DNA of 64,000 bases, taken from the NCBI GenBank assembly GCA_044227665.1, contig JBGAWK010000004.1, forward strand, positions 10,901 to 74,900, read 5' to 3'. Each line of letters begins with the position of its first letter. Positions within the stretch are counted from its first letter, which is position 1. A program made the position numbers and the translations under genes. This document shows, piece after piece, positions 39,797 to 50,700 of this stretch. Under the pieces are notes generated by a model. The model searched no databases and was not told the DNA's origin. It saw only the letters and a list, made by a program, of their open reading frames with translations. Source of the stretch: Chitinophagales bacterium (GTDB lineage Bacteria; Bacteroidota; Bacteroidia; Chitinophagales; JADIYW01).

Positions 39797-42358
39797 ATGG
39801 AAGCAAAATTTTCACCAGAAGTCAAGGAAGTAATATCTTTCAGTAGAGAGGAAGCATTAAGGCTGAACCATGACTTTATAGGTATAGAACATCTTCTACT
39901 GGGACTCATCCGAGAAGGAGAAAGTATGGCAATAAAAGTTCTAAAGTCTTTAGATGTAGATCTTAGACTACTAAGACATAAAATCGAAGAAAGTATCAAA
40001 GACAAAATTAGTGCATTCCCTGTCAATGCAGCAAGTTTACCACTCACAAAGCAAGCAGAGAAAGTATTGAAGGTAACGGTATTGGAAGCAAAATTCATGA
40101 AAAGCGATGCCATCAGTGCTGAACATCTTTTACTATCTATACTAAAAACCAAAGACAATGTGGCAACACAACTCTTGAATAAAATGGACCTAAACTATGA
40201 AGTCTTCAAAGCCGAACTAGACTATATGACAGGCAATGGCAATACAGCGTCTCCCGAGATGTCCTCAGACTATGCTGATGAAAACTGGGAAGAAGAGGAG
40301 CAAAAGGCAAAAAGCTTCTCTAGTGGTAATACCAAGAAATCCAATATCAAATCCAATACGCCTGTATTAGATAATTTCGGCAGAGACATCACCCGACTTG
40401 CGGAAGAAGACAAGCTAGATCCTATTGTAGGCAGGGAGCAAGAGATAGAACGTGTATCTCAGATACTCAGCCGAAGAAAGAAAAACAATCCTATTCTCAT
40501 CGGCGAACCTGGCGTAGGAAAGTCGGCAATAGTAGAAGGATTGGCTCTGCGAATTATCCAAAAGAAGGTATCTAGAGTATTATTTAATAAGCGTATCGTC
40601 ATGCTCGATTTGGCAGCACTAGTTGCTGGAACAAAATACAGAGGACAATTTGAAGAACGCATCAAAGCAATAATGACAGAACTCGAAAAGAATAGAGATG
40701 TTATTTTGTTTATTGATGAGATACATACTATAGTAGGCGCTGGCGGAGCTACAGGATCGCTGGATGCTTCCAATATTTTCAAGCCTGCATTAGCACGGGG
40801 TGAACTACAATGCATAGGGGCTTCTACCCTGGATGAATACCGACAGTATATTGAAAAAGATGGCGCATTGGATCGTAGATTCCAAAAAGTAACTATAGAT
40901 CCGCCAAGTCCCGAAGAGACCCTGATAATCATCCACAATCTAAAACCCAAATACGAAGAGTTTCATAATGTCACCTATTCTGATGAGGCATTGAAAGCCA
41001 GTGTAATGCTATCTTCCCGATATATCTCAGACAGATTTTTGCCAGACAAAGCTATAGATGTAATAGATGAAGTAGGGGCTAGAGTACATCTCAAAAACAT
41101 ACATGTACCTGAAAATATCACTCAGCTAGAAACAGATATTGAAGCTATAAAGGAAAAGAAAAACCTAGTAGTACGAAGTCAGAAATATGAAGAAGCCGCA
41201 AGTCTCAGAGATAAGGAAAAACAGCTCTTGGATGACTTGGAATCCGCAAAGAAGCAGTGGGAAGAAGACAGCAAGATTAGGAAATATCCTGTTACAGAAG
41301 AGGACATCGCAGAAGTAGTAGCCATGATGACGGGTATACCCGTAAAGCGTGTAGCGCAGTCTGAGAGCAAGAAACTTGCCCACATGGCTGATGACCTCAA
41401 GAAAATGGTCATAGGTCAGGATGAAGCTGTGGCGAAGATTACCAAAGCCATCCAAAGAAACAGAGTGGGTCTCAAAGATCCCAAAAAACCTATAGGAAGC
41501 TTCATATTCCTAGGCCCTACAGGCGTAGGTAAGACAGAACTCGCTAAATCTTTGGCTCGCTATATGTTCGACACAGAAGATGCCCTCATCCGTATAGACA
41601 TGTCCGAATACATGGAAAAGTTCAGCATCTCTCGCCTCATAGGCGCACCTCCGGGATATGTAGGCTATGAAGAAGGTGGGCAGCTTACCGAAAAAGTACG
41701 CCGCAAGCCCTACTCTGTCATCTTATTGGACGAGATAGAAAAAGCACATCCCGATGTATATAATGTATTGTTACAAGTATTGGATGATGGGCAGCTTACA
41801 GACGGCATGGGCAGAAAGGTGGATTTCAAAAACACTGTAATCATCATGACTTCCAATATAGGCGTACGTCAGTTAAAAGATTTCGGCACAGGTGTAGGCT
41901 TTGCTACCTCTGCCAAAGTAGATGCCATAGACAGCCATACTAAAGGTGTGATACAGAAGGCTCTCTCAAAGACTTTCTCTCCCGAATTCCTCAACCGTAT
42001 TGATGATGTCATCATCTTCAACAGCTTAGAAAAACCTCAGATACACGCTATCATAGATATTGCATTGCACCATGTATTCCGCCGTATAGAAGCCTTGGGC
42101 TATCTTATTTCCTTATCCGATGCCGCCAAAGATTTCTTATCAGAAAAGGGCTATGATCCACAGTTTGGTGCCAGACCTCTGCATAGGGCTATCCAAAAAT
42201 ATATGGAAGACCCCTTAGCAGAAGAAATATTAAAATCTGAAATGAGCGAAGGTGATACTGTATTTGTGGATATAAATCCCGACGATACGGCAGTGCTGAA
42301 ATTTACAGTAAAAAAGGGAAAGAAAAAATCTGCCAAACCTGCCAATAACGAGCAATAA
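39797..42358 (+). CDS. clpC: ATP-dependent Clp protease ATPase
   Basis: Clp_N repeats, GEPGVGKS, UVR coiled coil, GPTGVGKT, RIDMSEY, GARPL. Confidence 0.95.
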   Translation: MEAKFSPEVKEVISFSREEALRLNHDFIGIEHLLLGLIREGESMAIKVLKSLDVDLRLLRHKIEESIKDKISAFPVNAASLPLTKQAEKVLKVTVLEAKFMKSDAISAEHLLLSILKTKDNVATQLLNKMDLNYEVFKAELDYMTGNGNTASPEMSSDYADENWEEEEQKAKSFSSGNTKKSNIKSNTPVLDNFGRDITRLAEEDKLDPIVGREQEIERVSQILSRRKKNNPILIGEPGVGKSAIVEGLALRIIQKKVSRVLFNKRIVMLDLAALVAGTKYRGQFEERIKAIMTELEKNRDVILFIDEIHTIVGAGGATGSLDASNIFKPALARGELQCIGASTLDEYRQYIEKDGALDRRFQKVTIDPPSPEETLIIIHNLKPKYEEFHNVTYSDEALKASVMLSSRYISDRFLPDKAIDVIDEVGARVHLKNIHVPENITQLETDIEAIKEKKNLVVRSQKYEEAASLRDKEKQLLDDLESAKKQWEEDSKIRKYPVTEEDIAEVVAMMTGIPVKRVAQSESKKLAHMADDLKKMVIGQDEAVAKITKAIQRNRVGLKDPKKPIGSFIFLGPTGVGKTELAKSLARYMFDTEDALIRIDMSEYMEKFSISRLIGAPPGYVGYEEGGQLTEKVRRKPYSVILLDEIEKAHPDVYNVLLQVLDDGQLTDGMGRKVDFKNTVIIMTSNIGVRQLKDFGTGVGFATSAKVDAIDSHTKGVIQKALSKTFSPEFLNRIDDVIIFNSLEKPQIHAIIDIALHHVFRRIEALGYLISLSDAAKDFLSEKGYDPQFGARPLHRAIQKYMEDPLAEEILKSEMSEGDTVFVDINPDDTAVLKFTVKKGKKKSAKPANNEQ

Positions 42359-43162
42359 TCAACTCATAATATTAATAAGAAAGTTTAAGTCCTCAGCATG
42401 GGGATTTGCAATCTTATTGGCAATATAGGCGCCGCCTATATGTTCGGGGAGTATTACTTCATTGGCACCCGCCATCTTCAGTTTATTCACGTTTTCGGGA
42501 TCGGAAGCTCTGCTGTATATCGTGATATTTTTATTCTTCTCTCGTGCAGACAATACTACAAATACATTTTCAGCATCAGAAGGTAGTGTAGCCACAAAGG
42601 CTCTAGCTCTCTCTATGCCTAGCGCATCCAGCACCTTGTCATTGGTAGCATTGCCTTCGATATAGATAATATTCTTTCTATCCAAAATATCTATCTTCTG
42701 AGGATCTTTTTCTACTATCACATATTGTACATTATTGCTGTGCAATGTTTCCAAAATAGCATGACCCAAGCGGCCATAGCCACATATTATCACATGATTG
42801 TTTAGCGATGCTAATTTTTTTTCCATCCTTTTGTATTTAATATATAAAGTAAAATCCCCTTCTAATATAATAGTCGTAATCCTTGTCACTGTAAATGACA
42901 GCAAGCCTATACTTGTAAAGATAATAAACATAGTAAAAAGCTTCCCTAAAACCGATAAAGGGAAAATCTCATGAAATCCTACAGTAGAACCCGTGATTAC
43001 TGTCATATATAGTGCATCAAACCAATTTGCATCTTCTATATACATATACCCCAATGTCCCAGTAATCAATAGGACAACGAAGATGGTAGTACACAAAATA
43101 AGTGTATTAATTATCCGAGATGTATAGTCGGTATTAACGGAATACATGGTTAAAGAACGCAA
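42359..43162 (-). CDS. Two-TM potassium channel with TrkA-N (RCK) domain
   Basis: Filter STVGF, GYGRLG Rossmann fold; start may be ATG 43147. Confidence 0.88.
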   Translation of the reverse strand: MRSLTMYSVNTDYTSRIINTLILCTTIFVVLLITGTLGYMYIEDANWFDALYMTVITGSTVGFHEIFPLSVLGKLFTMFIIFTSIGLLSFTVTRITTIILEGDFTLYIKYKRMEKKLASLNNHVIICGYGRLGHAILETLHSNNVQYVIVEKDPQKIDILDRKNIIYIEGNATNDKVLDALGIERARAFVATLPSDAENVFVVLSAREKNKNITIYSRASDPENVNKLKMAGANEVILPEHIGGAYIANKIANPHAEDLNFLINIMS

Positions 43163-43245
43163 AATACTACGTATTTGAAAATTATTAAGAATATAGGATA
43201 ATTATTTTATTCCTTACACCAAAAAAATAAACCATCTATCTTTGT

Positions 43246-44574
43246 ATGATAACTAGAATTTTGAGAACACGGACTTTTAAAGAAAATAAGATTAATATTA
43301 TCACCTTAGGATGCAGTAAAAATCAAGTAGATAGTGAAGACATAGCTTCCAGACTCAAAAATAATACCTATGAAGTAGTACATAATAGTGATAAAAGAGA
43401 TGCCAATATCGTGATTATCAATACCTGTGGTTTCATTGAAGCTGCCAAGGAAGAATCTATAAATACGATATTGCAATATACCCAACTTAAAGCTAAGGGC
43501 AAGGTAAATAAAGTATATGCCATGGGCTGCTTAGTTCAGCGGTATAAAGAAGAACTCTCCAACGAAATAGAAGGCATTGATGGCTGGTACGGTACTGCTG
43601 AGATGCCTGCCTTACTCAAAAGCTTAAAAACAGACTACAAGAAAACATTAGTAGGAGAACGTCTCTTAACCACGCCTTCACATTATGCCTACCTCAAAAT
43701 TTCCGAAGGTTGCAATCGCACTTGCTCGTTTTGTGCCATACCACTTATGAGAGGCGTACACCGCTCCAAGACCATAGAAGACATCATTGCTGAGGCTGAA
43801 AGTTTAGTGACTCAAGGTGTAAAAGAAATTATACTTATTGCACAAGAACTTACCTATTATGGATTGGATATATATAAGAAGAGAGCTTTAGCAGAATTGT
43901 TATACCGTCTTAATGATGTTTCCGGTGTACATTGGATTCGCCTACATTATGCATATCCTTCCAAGTTTCCCCTAGAAGTACTGGATGCCATAGCACAATG
44001 TGACAAAGTATGCAAATATCTCGATATTCCACTGCAACATGCTTCTGACCATGTACTTTTATCTATGAAACGTCAGATTACAGTAGCTGAGACACGTACA
44101 TTGATAAGTACCATTCGTGAAAAAATTCCCAATATAGCTTTACGCACTTCTATGCTCGTTGGATTTCCTGGAGAAACAGATGATGACTTCAAGCAACTAT
44201 GCGACTTTATAGAAGAAATGCGCTTCGACAGATTGGGCGTATTCACCTATTCCCATGAAGAGAATACAACGGCATATTTGCTTGAAGATGACGTCCCTCA
44301 AGAAGTAAAAATTCAGAGAGCCAATATCCTCATGGACATTCAAGAGCGCATATCTGAAGAGCTAAATGCCAAAAAAATGGAAACTACACAAAGTGTAATT
44401 ATTGATAGAAAAGATGGCAACTTCTTCTATGGACGCACACAATATGACTCTCCCGAAGTAGATAATGAAGTAATCATAGAAAAAAATGGTGAAAAAGGCA
44501 TAAAAATTGGACAAAGCTATGATGTCTTTATTGACGACTTCGATGCGTTTGATTTGTATGGAAAAATCTACTAA
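43246..44574 (+). CDS. rimO: Ribosomal protein S12 methylthiotransferase
   Basis: TLGCSKN, NTCGFI, CNRTCSFC radical SAM motif, DSPEVDN TRAM domain; true start may be TTG 43261. Confidence 0.95.
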   Translation: MITRILRTRTFKENKINIITLGCSKNQVDSEDIASRLKNNTYEVVHNSDKRDANIVIINTCGFIEAAKEESINTILQYTQLKAKGKVNKVYAMGCLVQRYKEELSNEIEGIDGWYGTAEMPALLKSLKTDYKKTLVGERLLTTPSHYAYLKISEGCNRTCSFCAIPLMRGVHRSKTIEDIIAEAESLVTQGVKEIILIAQELTYYGLDIYKKRALAELLYRLNDVSGVHWIRLHYAYPSKFPLEVLDAIAQCDKVCKYLDIPLQHASDHVLLSMKRQITVAETRTLISTIREKIPNIALRTSMLVGFPGETDDDFKQLCDFIEEMRFDRLGVFTYSHEENTTAYLLEDDVPQEVKIQRANILMDIQERISEELNAKKMETTQSVIIDRKDGNFFYGRTQYDSPEVDNEVIIEKNGEKGIKIGQSYDVFIDDFDAFDLYGKIY

Positions 44575-46475
44575 GGTTTTCTATCCTTATAAGCACGAAT
44601 TTCTTGCAATAGTATTTCATCTTCAAGTCCATTGGCAAATGCTTGCTCTAAATAAGAATACGCTTGAGCTGTATCTTTCCTATACAAGTATATATAGCCT
44701 TTATTCTCTAAGTAAATATATTTTGGAGATACCCTCTTGCCAATAATTTCATTGATACTATCCGCTTTCTGAAAATCATATATCCTACAGTAAGCATCTA
44801 CAACTTTGTATGCTATCTGGTTATCCGACGAATTGGCACTAAACACTTTGTCGTAGTGATACGCAGCAGTCGCAATATCATTTCTTTCCATACAAATATC
44901 AGCCAGTGACATCCTTGCATTGTGGTCATCCTCATCCATTTCCAATGCATCCACGAAATATTGCTGTGCCGGTCTCAAGTCCCCTTTCATATAATAAGCA
45001 GTGCCTAACAAGTGTGTCAAAAAGTTGTCTCCTTTATATACTATCATCCCCTGCTGGGCATACTTCATAGCCTTACTTAAATACCTATCTCTATCATTTT
45101 CAGATTGCGATACAGCTGCCATGTCCAAGTACGTAGATGCTGCAATCCGATTAGGCTCATACGTATTTTTCAAATAGGGCATATCTCTCTCAAATAATGT
45201 ATCATAGTCTTTCCATTTCCTAGACTCACTACAACTAAAAAATGCGTAACATAGGGCTATTGCTGACAAAATATACGTTTTGTAGGTATCTCTAATAGCC
45301 AAAAATCTAACTACGACCATCACTACTAATAGGCAAAATCCCAAGGATGCAATAAAAGCATATCTATCGGCAAATAGTCCCGCTACTGGCACTAAGAGAT
45401 TTAAACAATATAGTAGCGAAGATAAAAACAAGAGCAGTACTAGCCCCTGACTCCGCCTACGTATAGCATAAACTATTGCCGAAGCAATAGTGAGCATTAG
45501 CAATATCCACCCCACAATATTTTGGGCACTGAATATACTATCCAAATTTACATATCCAGTACCGTAATAGAATCTGTATCCCCAAGGCATAAACAAAAAT
45601 TTGAGGTATTGCCAATAGGTAATCCCAACTAATTTGACCCTATTCAAAAAATTGAAATCATTAATATATGGATTTTCAGTTATACTATTGAGCGTATAAA
45701 TATTATTCTCTACCGGCACATAATGATCTATCAAGAAGAATAAGGCAAAATAATATAATGTCAAAAAGGCAAAAACAATCCCAGAAGCAAATAAAATTTT
45801 AGATAATGGCATTGCGTGCTTTTCATAATAATACAATACAGGCAAAAAAATAACCATAAATACTGCATCCTGCTTACACCAAATCGCACATGTAAACAGC
45901 AGCAAAAACATAGGCAAATTTTTAAATTTATTATTGCGTATAATATATATAAATAAAAGAATAGAGTATGTCGAAAAGAGCATACTAAGTATATTATCTC
46001 TATTCTTAATATTAGATACTACGGAAGCATGAATAGGGTGACATAAGAACAAGAGAGCCGCAAAAAATATCTCTTTATTATCAAGTAAAATATATAATTT
46101 ACGCAATAAAAGAATCCCACTCACACACAACAAAATATACAAAAACACATTAACCCCATGACTAACTCCAACTATAAATTTACCAAACAAGAGATATTCG
46201 AAATAGAATGTAGAAATACTTACAGGTCTGTAATCTACAAAAGCAAAGCGACTAGTAAAAATTTCTTTTATCCCCTGCCATACATCTCTCGTAGTAGGCA
46301 TATTCTGAAAGACCAATTGATCATCAAGATTGTAATCAAATGAAATTGACTTTGCATATAAGAATAAAATTAAAAACAGAAATAATATTCCATATTTTTT
46401 ACTTTGTAAAAACAGAAAAATATGCTCTTGTTGTTTATACATTTGTATAAAAAATTTATGTATCAAAAATGTCAA
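44571..46475 (-). CDS. TMTC-like GT-C membrane glycosyltransferase with C-terminal TPRs
   Basis: YNLDD, YRP, H..NV, HPIH..VV..I..R, KQD, ADRY, W.D...LF motifs; about 11 TM helices plus TPRs. Confidence 0.75.
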   Translation of the reverse strand: MTFLIHKFFIQMYKQQEHIFLFLQSKKYGILFLFLILFLYAKSISFDYNLDDQLVFQNMPTTRDVWQGIKEIFTSRFAFVDYRPVSISTFYFEYLLFGKFIVGVSHGVNVFLYILLCVSGILLLRKLYILLDNKEIFFAALLFLCHPIHASVVSNIKNRDNILSMLFSTYSILLFIYIIRNNKFKNLPMFLLLFTCAIWCKQDAVFMVIFLPVLYYYEKHAMPLSKILFASGIVFAFLTLYYFALFFLIDHYVPVENNIYTLNSITENPYINDFNFLNRVKLVGITYWQYLKFLFMPWGYRFYYGTGYVNLDSIFSAQNIVGWILLMLTIASAIVYAIRRRSQGLVLLLFLSSLLYCLNLLVPVAGLFADRYAFIASLGFCLLVVMVVVRFLAIRDTYKTYILSAIALCYAFFSCSESRKWKDYDTLFERDMPYLKNTYEPNRIAASTYLDMAAVSQSENDRDRYLSKAMKYAQQGMIVYKGDNFLTHLLGTAYYMKGDLRPAQQYFVDALEMDEDDHNARMSLADICMERNDIATAAYHYDKVFSANSSDNQIAYKVVDAYCRIYDFQKADSINEIIGKRVSPKYIYLENKGYIYLYRKDTAQAYSYLEQAFANGLEDEILLQEIRAYKDRKP

Positions 46476-46683
46476 AAATACATTTTTATCATAATATTAG
46501 TTCCACAATTGAAAGTTGCTAAGCCTAACTATAATTTCAAAAAAATTATTGACAAGTATTGTGTCTATTGTCACAATACAAATGGAAATGCTCCCTTTTC
46601 ATTGGCTAAATATGAAGATGTCAAAAAACGTATGATTATGATGAATATAGTAATCAACAAAAATATAATGCCGCCATGGAAAT
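46422..46683 (+). pseudogene. 5' fragment of a c-type cytochrome-domain protein
   Basis: IIDKYCVYCH...APFSL..YEDVK...MPPWK; the ORF then runs into IS sequence; start uncertain. Confidence 0.6.
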
Positions 46684-47020
46684 CCAAAAGCTATTCGAAA
46701 GGACAATGGTACGGAATTCATTACAATAGCATTTAAGGGCATTTGTCTGAATTCCTCATAGCGCATATTCGGTTACAGAAAGGAAAGCCTATGCAGAATG
46801 GATATTGTGTACAATTTAATAGGACATTTAGAAAGGATGTCTTGGACGCTTATTTGTTTGAAAATATCTACCACCTTCGTTCCATCATAGTAAACCGGAG
46901 GAATAACTATAACTATAATCATCCAAATAGTAGTATATACAACTGCTCTCCCATCGAATTTAATAAAAATTTACAAATAAAAAATTACATTTACATACTG
47001 TAAAATAATTGGGGGACTTA
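46684..47020 (+). mobile_element. IS3-family transposase remnant (C-terminal integrase core and right end)
   Basis: PKAIRKDNGTEF, then shifted GKPMQNGY...FNRTFR.DVLDAYLF...YN..HP.SS; ends in GGGGGACTTA resembling an IS3 IRR. Confidence 0.82.
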
Positions 47021-47168
47021 ACCCAAAACGTTTTAATAAAATCTCTGATTTCGCTGATGAAGTTGCAATTTCAAGATTTTATGGAGGTGTACATTATCAA
47101 TTTTCTTGCTCTTTATGACTGCAAATTGGTGAGAAAATTGGTAAAACTGTATATTTAACATATTAATT
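47021..47168 (+). pseudogene. 3' fragment of a vanadium-dependent haloperoxidase / PAP2-like gene
   Basis: PKRFNKISDFADEVAISRFYGGVHYQFSCSL*LQIGEKIG matches the SRxxxGxH motif; contains an internal TGA. Confidence 0.7.
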
Positions 47169-47227
47169 GTTTTATTAATATGTTAAATATTATTTTAAAT
47201 CATAATTATTATATACATTTGTGCAAT

Positions 47228-47791
47228 ATGCATTCAAAATTTGCCATATTTTTTTCAATTGGTCTAATAATGATTACACTAAATACATTAAGTCAAGTTT
47301 ATAGCACCCCTGAACTAAAAGCAAAAGAAGAACAAGATTTAAAAGAGAAATTAATTACAAATCCTCAAATTAATAGTATAGACTCAACCTCAATTAATAA
47401 TCTTTCAGCAGGTTCTAGTAATACAAAATTTATTCTCAAGAACTATCCAGGATATTACAAGCTTAAATCTGTAAAATTAGATAGTATTAACAAAAAAAAT
47501 CATATCAACATATATCACGATTTAAAAAAAGAAGCACTGTCAATTACGAAGGTTGAGACGGCTTGGCTTAGTTTCGAAAATAAAGAGATGATATTTGTCA
47601 AGTTAAAAACAGGTATAGAGGGTCATCTCTCCTTCGAAATTGTTGATAACAAGATTATTTTTACTTGTAGAAAATGTGAAGTAAACAATTTTAATATTTT
47701 AATGAGAAGCGATAAGAAAGCTATTTTACTTACAAAAGAACCCGATGGCAATCCTTGCTACCACAAATATAAATTCAAAAAAACTAAATAA
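47228..47791 (+). CDS. Secreted hypothetical protein
   Basis: Signal peptide after ATG 47228 (TACATTTG 6 nt upstream); 7 nt before the T9SS gene. Confidence 0.65.
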   Translation: MHSKFAIFFSIGLIMITLNTLSQVYSTPELKAKEEQDLKEKLITNPQINSIDSTSINNLSAGSSNTKFILKNYPGYYKLKSVKLDSINKKNHINIYHDLKKEALSITKVETAWLSFENKEMIFVKLKTGIEGHLSFEIVDNKIIFTCRKCEVNNFNILMRSDKKAILLTKEPDGNPCYHKYKFKKTK

Positions 47792-47798
47792 ATAAAAT

Positions 47799-50700
47799 AT
47801 GAAAAAAAATCTACTTATTCTATCTCTAACTTTATTGTACTTAGCAAAGAGTTATGGACAATTGGCAGATATTACCTATTCTATCCGGACAGGCAATATT
47901 ACGAGTTATGAGAATGCTACAGGGGGTGATTGTTGGGAAACAGGTACTGAGGAATACACAGGATATCTCGACTCTTGGGACAACGTAAATAGCACATGGG
48001 TGGGTACAGGCTGTCAAACCTGTGACAACAACGGAAATTGTACATACGCTAGTGATATAGCTTTACAAACCCGCTCTAACAATGCTTATACTGTAACATT
48101 TAGAATTGATGCGTGGGAGGACGATAAGAGTGGAAGGTGTTCCTATGACGGACCATCAGATGATTGCCGTAGAAATGAAACAAATACTACAGATATTAGA
48201 GAACTAGCCTACCCTTCTAATGGCACTTACACGAATACTAGCACTTGGGGGAGCACAGGTAATCATACGTACTATTTTAAATGTACTTGGAAATATTCGG
48301 GTACTGCAAACCTTATTACTCCTTCTGCATCCTGCCAGTCAGCTAATGTAGCTACAGGTGCTATTCGATCGTGGTCAGTAAATATGACTGCAGGCACTAC
48401 TTATGCATTCAGCAATTATGGTTCAGGTGCAGATACTAAAATTAGGATTTATAATACTGATGGCTATACAATTATGGCATCAAACGATGATAACGGACCT
48501 CATGTTGCTGGTTCAGCAGCTTCGATAGAATATACAGCTCCATCTACCGGTACATATTATGTAGAGTTATCAAATTTTGACAGATCAGAACTTACCACTA
48601 ATTCAACACTATCCTATTGGATAAAACCTACTTCTATTGCTGGATTTGGTAGCAATACATGGAATATATTAGGTTACAATAAGTCAGATTTAGCATTATC
48701 AAGCAATACTTATGTAGGCTATTATAATGTTAATTCACTATCTTACAATACGAGCTCTGGCCCTGGAATTTATACGAACACACCTACAGATGCTACAGGA
48801 TGGACGGGAGGGTGTGTTCACCCTGATTACCATACAGTAGTAGCTAAAAGACAAGGATTCCCTTGCAAGATTTATCAACTAGATATACCTAATCACGATG
48901 ATGATATAAGAGTATTTGTAAATGGAAATCAGGTATATGAACATTTAGGCTGTTGCGATAATCATAGTAATATCTGGACAGGCTACTTAACCTCTACTTC
49001 TACTATTGAAGTTCGTCACATTGATGGCGTAGGTGGTTCGAACCAAGGTCTTACACTTACAGATGTAACCACAGCTTTAAACGGAGGTAGTATCGCTGGT
49101 ATTACCAATGGAACTACAATATGTACAGGCGGAGACCCTGGTGCGTTCACGAGTACTGCGAGTGGAAGTGGTGGAACTATAGGCATTACTAATGGTTCTC
49201 CGTCAGCAGAAACATACCAATGGGAGTCTTCAACAACAAGTAGTACTACAGGATATTCAAATATTGGAGGTGCTACCTCTACAACTTACGACCCAGGAGC
49301 ACTTACTGCAACAACATGGTTCAGACGCAGAGTAACAGATGCTTGTGGTACAGTTAGCTATTCTAACGTAATACAGGTAGTAGTTGTAGCAGATCCTACT
49401 GCACCTACTGCAACTAAATCACCAGCTGTGGCGACAGTATGTGCTGGTGCTACACTTACGCTTACTGGACCTACTGCTGGCGCAGGCGGAACAGGAACTT
49501 GTAACTTTGAATATCGCTATAGCTTTGATGGTGTAGGCTATACTTCTTGGAATACATCAGTGCCTTCTATCACGGCTGTAACGGGTACAAATTATATAGA
49601 AATCAGAACAAATTGTAGTGGAATTGGATGTGATATTAGCCCTACAACTTCCTACTCATGGACTGTAGCTGCTGACCCTACTGCCCCTACCAATACACCT
49701 ACACCTTCGGCTTCTACCGTGTGTGTGGGCGCAACATTAAGTGTATCTGCTGGAGGTAGTTCCGGAGGCACAGGTACTTGTGCTTATGAATACGCTATAG
49801 ATCCGGGTACTGGAACATTTGGTACTTGGGGCGCTACAAATTCAGTTACCGCTTCATCTATTGGAAATGGTACTTATAGAATAAAATCTAGAAGGAACTG
49901 TAATGGCAATGGCTGCGATATTTCTCCGGAAAGTGCAATTACTTCATGGACTGTAGTGGCAGATCCATCAGCACCTACTGCTACCAAGTCTCCAACAGAT
50001 GCCACCGTATGTGCTGGACAAACACTTACGCTTACTAGTCCTACGCTAGGAACTGGCGGTACAGGTACTTGCAACTTTGAATATAGATTCAATACTGGTG
50101 GTGGCTTCTCTGCATGGGGTAGTTCCGTACCTAGCTTTACTGCTGTTACAGGTGCAAATACTATAGAAATCAGAACAAATTGTAATGGTAATTCATGTGA
50201 CGCATCCCCTGCATCTTCATATTCGTGGACTGTAGCTGCAGATCCGTCTGCACCTACAGGTATGACCAAGTCTCCTAATGATGCTAGTGTATGTGTAGGA
50301 GCAACACTCACTGTTACAGGTGCTGCCGCAGGAACTGGCGGTACTGGTACTTGTAATGTAGAATACAGATACAGTACTGATAATGGAGGAAACTATTCAG
50401 GGTGGTCTACATCGGTACCTTCTATCTCTACTGTGGTAGGTACTACAATTATTCAAGCAAGCACTCTTTGTACGGGCTTAGGTTGCGATAGAAGTGCCAC
50501 AAGTCAAGTATCATGGGTGGTAGAGCCTGATCCTTCCGCTCCTACTGCCACAAAGTCTCCAAATCTTACGTATGTATGTGATGGAGAAGTCGTTACATTG
50601 ACTAATATTACAGATAACGGTGGTGGAACAGGAACTTGCGATATTGAATATGCCTTGGATAATGGCTCAGGCAGCTACGGTTCGTGGACTACTACAATAC

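Noticed and set aside
47116-47118. TGA as selenocysteine or recoded codon in the haloperoxidase-like fragment
   Set aside because: The fragment has no 5' part; TGA serves as a normal stop elsewhere in the window; most likely a GGA-to-TGA decay mutation
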